Assembly: GCA_964057225.1 (NCBI GenBank)
Contig: CAXKVF010000085.1
Coordinates: forward strand, 62,001-126,000
Reading direction: 5' to 3'
Length of the DNA: 64,000 bases
Source: Auanema rhodensis
Taxonomy: Eukaryota > Animalia > Nematoda
Of this stretch, positions 53,101-64,000 are shown piece after piece. Position 1 is the stretch's first letter. Each line of letters opens with the position of its first letter. Both the position numbers and the translations under genes were made by a program. The notes under the pieces were generated by a model that did not search any database, had not been told where the DNA came from, and was given only the letters and a program-made list of their open reading frames with translations.

Positions 53101-56100
53101 TTTCAAAATTAGATTCCTCATGTCCATATTAGTCTAAAAACAAATTTTTATTGATATTGGTTCATGGTAACCATGACTTTGAAATTTACGTGAACTTTAA
53201 TTTATGCTAATTAAATGTACACGTGATGTGCACTTGGTATGTAACTCGCTTCACGTGAAAGATAAAGAGATGCGGTTTTCAAAATTAGATTCCCCATGTC
53301 CATATTAGTCTAAAAACAAATTTTTATTGATATTGCTTCATGGTAACCATGACTTTGAAGTTTACGTGAACTTTAATTTATGCTAATTAAATTCACACGT
53401 GATGTGCACTTGGAATGTAACTCGCTTCACGTGAAAGATAAAGAGATGCGGTTTTCAAAATTAGATTCCCCATGTCCATATTAGTCTAAAAACAAATTTT
53501 TATTGATATTGGATCATGGTAACCATGACTTTGAAATTTACGTGAACTTTAATTTATGCTAATTAAATGTACACGTGATGTGCACTTGGTATGTAACTCG
53601 CTTCACGTGAAAGATAAAGAGATGCGGTTTTCAAAATTAGATTCCCCATGTCCATATTAGTCTAAAAACAAATTTTTATTGATATTGGTTCATGGTAACC
53701 ATGACTTTGAAATTTACGTGAACTTTAATTTATGCTAATTAAATGTACACGTGATGTGCACTTGGTATGTAACTCGCTTCACGTGAAAGATAAAGAAATG
53801 CGGTTTTCAAAATTAGATTCCCCATGTCCATATTAGTCTAAAAACAAATTTTTATTGATATTGGTTCATGGTAACCATGACTTTGAAATTTACGTGAACT
53901 TTAATTTATGCTAATTAAATGTACACGTGATGTGCACTTGGTATGTAACTCGCTTCACGTGAAAGATAAAGAGATGCGGTTTTCAAAATTAGATTCCCCA
54001 TGTCCATATTAGTCTAAAAACAAATTTTTATTGATATTGCTTCATGGTAACCATGACTTTGAAATTTACGTGAACTTTAATTTATGCTAATTAAATGTAC
54101 ACGTGATGAGCACTTGGTATGTAACTCGCTTCACGTGAAAGATAAAGAGATGCGGTTTTCAAAATTAGATTCCCCATGTCCATATTAGTCTAAAAACAAA
54201 TTTTTATTGATATTGGTTCATGGTAACCATGACTTTGAAATTTACGTGAACTTTAATTTATGCTAATTAAATGTACACGTGATGTGCACTTGGTATGTAA
54301 CTCGCTTCACGTGAAAGATAAAGAGATGCGATTTTCAAAATTAGATTCCCCATGTCCATATTAGTCTAAAAACAAATTTTTATTGATATTGGTTCATGGT
54401 AACCATGACTTTGAAATTTACGTGAACTTTAATTTATGCTAATTAAATGTACACGTGATGTGCACTTGGTATGTAACTCGCTTCACGTGAAAGATAAAGA
54501 GATGCGGTTTTCAAAATTAGATTCCCCATGTCCATATTAGTCTAAAAACAAATTTTTATTGATATTGGTGCATGGTAACCATGACTTTGAATTTTACGTG
54601 AACTTTAATTTATGCTAATTAAATGTACACGTGATGTGCACTTGGTATGTAACTCGCTTCACGTGAAAGATAAAGAGATGCGGTTTTCAAAATTAGATTC
54701 CCCATGTCCATATTAGTCTAAAAACAAATTTTTATTGATATTGGTTCATGGTAACCATGACTTTGAAATTTACGTGAACTTTAATTTATGCTAATTAAAT
54801 GTACACGTGATGTGCACTTGGTATGTAACTCGCTTCACGTGAAAGATAAAGAGATGCGGTTTTCAAAATTAGATTCCCCATGTCCATATTAGTCTAAAAA
54901 CAAATTTTTATTGATATTGCTTCATGGTAACCATGACTTTGAAATTTACGTGAACTTTAATTTATGCTAATTAAATGTACACGTGATGTGCACTTGGTAT
55001 GTAACTCGCTTCACGTGAAAGATAAAGAGATGCGGTTTTCAAAATTAGATTCCCCATGTCCATATTAGTCTAAAAACAAATTTTTATTGATATTGGTTCA
55101 TGGTAACCATGACTTTGAAATTTACGTGAACTTTAATTTATGCTAATTAAATGTACACGTGATGTGCACTTGGTATGTAACTCGCTTCACGTGAAAGATA
55201 AAGAGATGCGGTTTTCAAAATTAGATTCCCCATGTCCATATTAGTCTAAAAACAAATTTTTATTGATATTGCTTCATGGTAACCATGACTTTGAAATTTA
55301 CGTGAACTTTAATTTATGCTAATTAAATGTACACGTGATGTGCACTTGGTATGTAACTCGCTTCACGTGAAAGATAAAGAGATGCGGTTTTCAAAATTAG
55401 ATTCCTCATGTCCATATTAGTCTAAAAACAAATTTTTATTGATATTGGTTCATGGTAACCATGACTTTGAAATTTACGTGAACTTTAATTTATGCTAATT
55501 AAATGTACACGTGATGTGCACTTGGTATGTAACTCGCTTCACGTGAAAGATAAAGAGATGCGGTTTTCAAAATTAGATTCCCCATGTCCATATTAGTCTA
55601 AAAACAAATTTTTATTGATATTGGTGCATGGTAACCATGACTTTGAAATTTACGTGAACTTTAATTTATGCTAATTAAATGTACACGTGATGTGCACTTG
55701 GTATGTAACTCGCTTCACGTGAAAGATAAAGAGATGCGGTTTTCAAAATTAGATTCCCCATGTCCATAATAGTCTAAAAACAAATTTTTATTGATATGGC
55801 TTCATGGTAACCATGACTTTGAAATTTACGTGAACTTTAATTTATGCTAATTAAATGTACACGTGATGTGCACTTGGTATGTAACTCGCTTCACGTGAAA
55901 GATAAAGAGATGCGGTTCTCAAAATTAGATTCCCCATGTCCATATTAGTCTAAAAACAAATTTTTATTGATATTGGTTCATGGTAACCATGACTTTGAAA
56001 TTTACGTGAACTTTAATTTATGCTAATTAAATGTACACGTGATGTGCACTTGGTATGTAACTCGCTTCACGTGAAAGATAAAGAGATGCGGTTTTCAAAA

Positions 56101-59100
56101 TTAGATTCCCCATGTCCATATTAGTCTAAAAACAAATTTTTATTGATATTGGTGCATGGTAACCATGACTTTGAAATTTACGTGAACTTTAATTTATGCT
56201 AATTAAATGTACACGTGATGTGCACTTGGTATGTAACTCGCTTCACGTGAAAGATAAAGAGATGCGGTTTTCAAAATTAGATTCCCCATGTCCATATTAG
56301 TCTAAAAACAAATTTTTATTGATATTGGTTCATGGTAACCATGACTTTGAAATTTACGTGAACTTTAATTTATGCTAATTAAATGTACACGTGATGTGCA
56401 CTTGGTATGTAACTCGCTTCACGTGAAAGATAAAGAGATGCGGTTTTCAAAATTAGATTCCCCATGTCCATATTAGTCTAAAAACAAATTTTTATTGATA
56501 TTGGTTCATGGTAACCATGACTTTGAAATTTACGTGAACTTTAATTTATGCTAATTAAATGTACACGTGATGTGCACTTGGTATGTAACTCGCTTCACGT
56601 GAAAGATAAAGAGATGCGGTTTTCAAAATTAGATTCCCCATGTCCATATTAGTCTAAAAACAAATTTTTATTGATATTGGTGCATGGTAACCATGACTTT
56701 GAAATTTACGTGAACTTTAATTTATGCTAATTAAATGTACACGTGATGTGCACTTGGTATGTAACTCGCTTCACGTGAAAGATAAAGAGATGCGGTTTTC
56801 AAAATTAGATTCCCCATGTCCATATTAGTCTAAAAACAAATTTTTATTGATATTGCTTCATGGTAACCATGACTTTGAAATTTACGTGAACTTTAATTTA
56901 TGCTAATTAAATGTACACGTGATGTGCACTTGGTATGTAACTCGCTTCACGTGAAAGATAAAGAGATGCGGTTTTCAAAATTAGATTCCCCATGTCCATA
57001 TTAGTCTAAAAACAAATTTTTATTGATATTGGTTCATGGTAACCATGACTTTGAAATTTACGTGAACTTTAATTTATGCTAATTAAATGTACACGTGATG
57101 TGCACTTGGAATGTAACTCGCTTCACGTGAAAGATAAAGAGATGCGGTTTTCAAAATTAGATTCCCCATGTCCATATTAGTCTAAAAACAAATTTTTATT
57201 GATATTGGTTCATGGTAACCATGACTTTGAAATTTACGTGAACTTTAATTTATGCTAATTAAATGTACACGTGATGTGCACTTGGTATGTAACTCGCTTC
57301 ACGTGAAAGATAAAGAGATGCGGTTTTCAAAATTAGATTCCCCATGTCCATATTAGTCTAAAAACAAATTTTTATTGATATTGGTGCATGGTAACCATGA
57401 CTTTGAAATTTACGTGAACTTTAATTTATGCTAATTAAATGTACACGTGATGTGCACTTGGTATGTAACTCGCTTCACGTGAAAGATAAAGAGATGCGGT
57501 TTTCAAAATTAGATTCCTCATGTCCATATTAGTCTAAAAACAAATTTTTATTGATATTGGTTCATGGTAACCATGACTTTGAAATTTACGTGAACTTTAA
57601 TTTATGCTAATTAAATGTACACGTGATGTGCACTTGGTATGTAACTCGCTTCACGTGAAAGATAAAGAGATGCGGTTTTCAAAATTAGATTCCCCATGTC
57701 CATATTAGTCTAAAAACAAATTTTTATTGATATTGCTTCATGGTAACCATGACTTTGAAGTTTACGTGAACTTTAATTTATGCTAATTAAATGTACACGT
57801 GATGTGCACTTGGAATGTAACTCGCTTCACGTGAAAGATAAAGAGATGCGGTTTTCAAAATTAGATTCCCCATGTCCATATTAGTCTAAAAACAAATTTT
57901 TATTGATATTGGTTCATGGTAACCATGACTTTGAAATTTACGTGAACTTTAATTTATGCTAATTAAATGTACACGTGATGTGCACTTGGTATGTAACTCG
58001 CTTCACGTGAAAGATAAAGAGATGCGGTTTTCAAAATTAGATTCCCCATGTCCATATTAGTCTAAAAACAAATTTTTATTGATATTGGTGCATGGTAACC
58101 ATGACTTTGAAATTTACGTGAACTTTAATTTATGCTAATTAAATGTACACGTGATGTGCACTTGGTATGTAACTCGCTTCACGTGAAAGATAAAGAAATG
58201 CGGTTTTCAAAATTAGATTCCCCATGTCCATATTAGTCTAAAAACAAATTTTTATTGATATTGGTTCATGGTAACCATGACTTTGAAATTTACGTGAACT
58301 TTAATTTATGCTAATTAAATGTACACGTGATGTGCACTTGGTATGTAACTCGCTTCACGTGAAAGATAAAGAGATGCGGTTTTCAAAATTAGATTCCCCA
58401 TGTCCATATTAGTCTAAAAACAAATTTTTATTGATATTGGTTCATGGTAACCATGACTTTGAAATTTACGTGAACTTTAATTTATGCTAATTAAATGTAC
58501 ACGTGATGTGCACTTGGTATGTAACTCGCTTCACGTGCAAGATAAAGAGATGCGGTTTTCAAAATTAGATTCCCCATGTCCATATTAGTCTAAAAACAAA
58601 TTTTTATTGATATTGCTTCATGGTAACCATGACTTTGAAATTTACGTGAACTTTAATTTATGCTAATTAAATGTACACGTGATGTGCACTTGGTATGTAA
58701 CTCGCTTCACGTGAAAGATAAAGAGACGCGGTTTTCAAAATTAGATTCCCCATGTCCATATTAGTCTAAAAACAAATTTTTATTGATATTGGTTCATGGT
58801 AACCATGACTTTGAAATTTACGTGAACTTTAATTTATGCTAATTAAATGTACACGTGATGTGCACTTGGTATGTAACTCGCTTCACGTGAAAGATAAAGA
58901 GATGCGATTTTCAAAATTAGATTCCCCATGTCCATATTAGTCTAAAAACAAATTTTTATTGATATTGGTTCATGGTAACCATGACTTTGAAATTTACGTG
59001 AACTTTAATTTATGCTAATTAAATGTACACGTGATGTGCACTTGGTATGTAACTCGCTTCACGTGAAAGATAAAGAGATGCGGTTTTCAAAATTAGATTC

Positions 59101-62100
59101 CCCATGTCCATATTAGTCTAAAAACAAATTTTTATTGATATTGGTGCATGGTAACCATGACTTTGAATTTTACGTGAACTTTAATTTATGCTAATTAAAT
59201 GTACACGTGATGTGCACTTGGTATGTAACTCGCTTCACGTGAAAGATAAAGAGATGCGGTTTTCAAAATTAGATTCCCCATGTCCATATTAGTCTAAAAA
59301 CAAATTTTTATTGATATTGGTTCATGGTAACCATGACTTTGAAATTTACGTGAACTTTAATTTATGCTAATTAAATGTACACGTGATGTGCACTTGGTAT
59401 GTAACTCGCTTCACGTGCAAGATAAAGAGATGCGGTTTTCAAAATTAGATTCCCCATGTCCATATTAGTCTAAAAACAAATTTTTATTGATATTGCTTCA
59501 TGGTAACCATGACTTTGAAATTTACGTGAACTTTAATTTATGCTAATTAAATGTACACGTGATGTGCACTTGGTATGTAACTCGCTTCACGTGAAAGATA
59601 AAGAGACGCGGTTTTCAAAATTAGATTCCCCATGTCCATATTAGTCTAAAAACAAATTTTTATTGATATTGGTTCATGGTAACCATGACTTTGAAATTTA
59701 CGTGAACTTTAATTTATGCTAATTAAATGTACACGTGATGTGCACTTGGTATGTAACTCGCTTCACGTGAAAGATAAAGAGATGCGATTTTCAAAATTAG
59801 ATTCCCCATGTCCATATTAGTCTAAAAACAAATTTTTATTGATATTGGTTCATGGTAACCATGACTTTGAAATTTACGTGAACTTTAATTTATGCTAATT
59901 AAATGTACACGTGATGTGCACTTGGTATGTAACTCGCTTCACGTGAAAGATAAAGAGATGCGGTTTTCAAAATTAGATTCCCCATGTCCATATTAGTCTA
60001 AAAACAAATTTTTATTGATATTGGTGCATGGTAACCATGACTTTGAATTTTACGTGAACTTTAATTTATGCTAATTAAATGTACACGTGATGTGCACTTG
60101 GTATGTAACTCGCTTCACGTGAAAGATAAAGAGATGCGGTTTTCAAAATTAGATTCCCCATGTCCATATTAGTCTAAAAACAAATTTTTATTGATATTGG
60201 TTCATGGTAACCATGACTTTGAAATTTACGTGAACTTTAATTTATGCTAATTAAATGTACACGTGATGTGCACTTGGTATGTAACTCGCTTCACGTGAAA
60301 GATAAAGAGATGCGGTTTTCAAAATTAGATTCCCCATGTCCATATTAGTCTAAAAACAAATTTTTATTGATATTGCTTCATGGTAACCATGACTTTGAAA
60401 TTTACGTGAACTTTAATTTATGCTAATTAAATGTACACGTGATGTGCACTTGGTATGTAACTCGCTTCACGTGAAAGATAAAGAGATGCGGTTTTCAAAA
60501 TTAGATTCCCCATGTCCATATTAGTCTAAAAACAAATTTTTATTGATATTGGTTCATGGTAACCATGACTTTGAAATTTACGTGAACTTTAATTTATGCT
60601 AATTAAATGTACACGTGATGTGCACTTGGTATGTAACTCGCTTCACGTGAAAGATAAAGAGATGCGGTTTTCAAAATTAGATTCCCCATGTCCATATTAG
60701 TCTAAAAACAAATTTTTATTGATATTGCTTCATGGTAACCATGACTTTGAAATTTACGTGAACTTTAATTTATGCTAATTAAATGTACACGTGATGTGCA
60801 CTTGGTATGTAACTCGCTTCACGTGAAAGATAAAGAGATGCGGTTTTCAAAATTAGATTCCTCATGTCCATATTAGTCTAAAAACAAATTTTTATTGATA
60901 TTGGTTCATGGTAACCATGACTTTGAAATTTACGTGAACTTTAATTTATGCTAATTAAATGTACACGTGATGTGCACTTGGTATGTAACTCGCTTCACGT
61001 GAAAGATAAAGAGATGCGGTTTTCAAAATTAGATTCCCCATGTCCATATTAGTCTAAAAACAAATTTTTATTGATATTGGTGCATGGTAACCATGACTTT
61101 GAAATTTACGTGAACTTTAATTTATGCTAATTAAATGTACACGTGATGTGCACTTGGTATGTAACTCGCTTCACGTGAAAGATAAAGAGATGCGGTTTTC
61201 AAAATTAGATTCCCCATGTCCATAATAGTCTAAAAACAAATTTTTATTGATATTGCTTCATGGTAACCATGACTTTGAAGTTTACGTGAACTTTAATTTA
61301 TGCTAATTAAATGTACACGTGATGTGCACTTGGTATGTAACTCGCTTCACGTGAAAGATAAAGAGATGCGGTTTTCAAAATTAGATTCCCCATGTCCATA
61401 TTAGTCTAAAAACAAATTTTTATTGATATTGGTTCATGGTAACCATGACTTTGAAATTTACGTGAACTTTAATTTATGCTAATTAAATGTACACGTGATG
61501 TGCACTTGGTATGTAACTCGCTTCACGTGAAAGATAAAGAGATGCGGTTTTCAAAATTAGATTCCCCATGTCCATATTAGTCTAAAAAGAAATTTTTATT
61601 GATATTGGTGCATGGTAACCATGACTTTGAAATTTACGTGAACTTTAATTTATGCTAATTAAATGTACACGTGATGTGCACTTGGTATGTAACTCGCTTC
61701 ACGTGAAAGATAAAGAAATGCGGTTTTCAAAATTAGATTCCCCATGTCCATATTAGTCTAAAAACAAATTTTTATTGATATTGGTGCATGGTAACCATGA
61801 CTTTGAAATTTACGTGAACTTTAATTTATGCTAATTAAATGTACACGTGATGTGCACTTGGTATGTAACTCGCTTCACGTGAAAGATAAAGAGAAGCGGT
61901 TTTCAAAATTAGATTCCCCATGTCCATATTAGTCTAAAAACAAATTTTTATTGATATTGGTTCATGGTAACCATGACTTTGAAATTTACGTGAACTTTAA
62001 TTTATGCTAATTAAATGTACACGTGATGTGCACTTGGTATGTAACTCGCTTCACGTGAAAGATAAAGAGATGCGGTTTTCAAAATTAGATTCCCCATGTC

Positions 62101-64000
62101 CATATTAGTCTAAAAACAAATTTTTATTGATATTGCTTCATGGTAACCATGACTTTGAAATTTACGTGAACTTTAATTTATGCTAATTAAATGTACACGT
62201 GATGTGCACTTGGTATGTAACTCGCTTCACGTGAAAGATAAAGAGATGCGGTTTTCAAAATTAGATTCCCCATGTCCATATTAGTCTAAAAATAAATTTT
62301 TATTGATATTGGTTCATGGTAACCATGACTTTGAAATTTACGTGAACTTTAATTTATGCTAATTAAATGTACACGTGATGTGCACTTGGTATGTAACTCG
62401 CTTCACGTGAAAGATAAAGAGATGCGGTTTTCAAAATTAGATTCCCCATGTCCATATTAGTCTAAAAACAAATTTTTATTGATATTGGTGCATGGTAACC
62501 ATGACTTTGAAATTTACGTGAACTTTAATTTATGCTAATTAAATGTACACGTGATGTGCACTTGGTATGTAACTCGCTTCACGTGAAAGATAAAGAAATG
62601 CGGTTTCCAAAATTAGATTCCCCATGTCCATATTAGTCTAAAAACAAATTTTTATTGATATTGGTTCATGGTAACCATGACTTTGAAATTTACGTGAACT
62701 TTAATTTATGCTAATTAAATGTACACGTGATGTGCACTTGGTATGTAACTCGCTTCACGTGAAAGATAAAGAGAAGCGGTTTTCAAAATTAGATTCCCCA
62801 TGTCCATATTAGTCTAAAAACAAATTTTTATTGATATTGGTTCATGGTAACCATGACTTTGAAATTTACGTGAACTTTAATTTATGCTAATTAAATGTAC
62901 ACGTGATGTGCACTTGGTATGTAACTCGCTTCACGTGAAAGATAAAGAGATGCGGTTTTCAAAATTAGATTCTCCATGTCCATATTAGTCTAAAAACAAA
63001 TTTTTATTGATATTGGTTCATGGTAACCATGACTTTGAAATTTACGTGAACTTTAATTTATGCTAATTAAATGTACACGTGATGTGCACTTGGTATGTAA
63101 CTCGCTTCACGTGAAAGATAAAGAGATGCGGTTTTCAAAATTAGATTCCCCATGTCCATATTAGTCTAAAAACAAATTTTTATTGATATTGGTTCATGGT
63201 AACCATGACTTTGAAATTTACGTGAACTTTAATTTATGCTAATTAAATGTACACGTGATGTGCACTTGGTATGTAACTCGCTTCACGTGAAAGATAAAGA
63301 GATGCGGTTTTCAAAATTAGATTCCCCATGTCCATATTAGTCTAAAAACAAATTTTTATTGATATTGGTGCATGGTAACCATGACTTTGAAATTTACGTG
63401 AACTTTAATTTATGCTAATTAAATGTACACGTGATGTGCACTTGGTATGTAACTCGCTTCACGTGAAAGATAAAGAGATGCGGTTTTCAAAATTAGATTC
63501 CCCATGTCCATATTAGTCTAAAAACAAATTTTTATTGATATTGGTGCATGGTAACCATGACTTTGAAATTTACGTGAACTTTAATTTATGCTAATTAAAT
63601 GTACACGTGATATGCACTTGGTATGTAACTCGCTTCACGTGAAAGATAAAGAGATGCGGTTTTCAAAATTAGATTCCCCATGTCCATATTAGTCTAAAAA
63701 CAAATTTTTATTGATATTGCTTCATGGTAACCATGACTTTGAAGTTTACGTGAACTTTAATTTATGCTAATTAAATGTACACGTGATGTGCACTTGGTAT
63801 GTAACTCGCTTCACGTGAAAGATAAAGAGATGCGGTTTTCAAAATTAGATTCCCCATGTCCATATTAGTCTAAAAACAAATTTTTATTGATATTGGTTCA
63901 TGGTAACCATGACTTTGAAATTTACGTGAACTTTAATTTATGCTAATTAAATGTACACGTGATGAGCACTTGGTATGTAACTCGCTTCACGTGAAAGATA
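47150..64000. repeat. 176-bp satellite DNA tandem array, right block (~96 monomers; starts with the TSD at 47150-47157 and continues off the right edge)
   Basis: Same monomer, orientation and period, with no indels seen. Confidence 0.99.

Noticed and set aside
1-64000. CRISPR array, or retron/DGR-like RT-plus-repeat system
   Set aside because: The repeats are contiguous 176-bp monomers without unique spacers and no cas genes are present. The RT has eukaryotic non-LTR signatures, APE remnants and a TSD.

Overview
Eukaryotic satellite-DNA window, probably centromeric or heterochromatic. About 58 kb is one very homogeneous, AT-rich 176-bp tandem repeat (~330 monomers, all in the same orientation). 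It is interrupted twice by the same 2,955-bp, 5'-truncated non-LTR retrotransposon (CR1/L2-group LINE: C-terminal half of the APE endonuclease, intact reverse transcriptase, 538-bp 3' UTR ending AATAAA-CCTTGA), each copy flanked by a CTAAAAAC target-site duplication. The copies lie 5,251 bp apart, which is element + TSD + exactly 13 monomers. They share flanking monomer variants, so one insertion was tandemly duplicated inside a composite satellite-LINE higher-order unit, and a matching empty site lies one 13-mer further on. Rare monomer variants reveal nested in-register duplications with offsets of 5, 10, 12, 13, 16, 25-31, 38 and 140 monomers. The LINE 3' UTR holds a candidate pseudoknotted RNA element. 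No host genes, tRNA/rRNA genes or CRISPR arrays were found. The host species cannot be determined from the sequence. All comparisons were made by eye.
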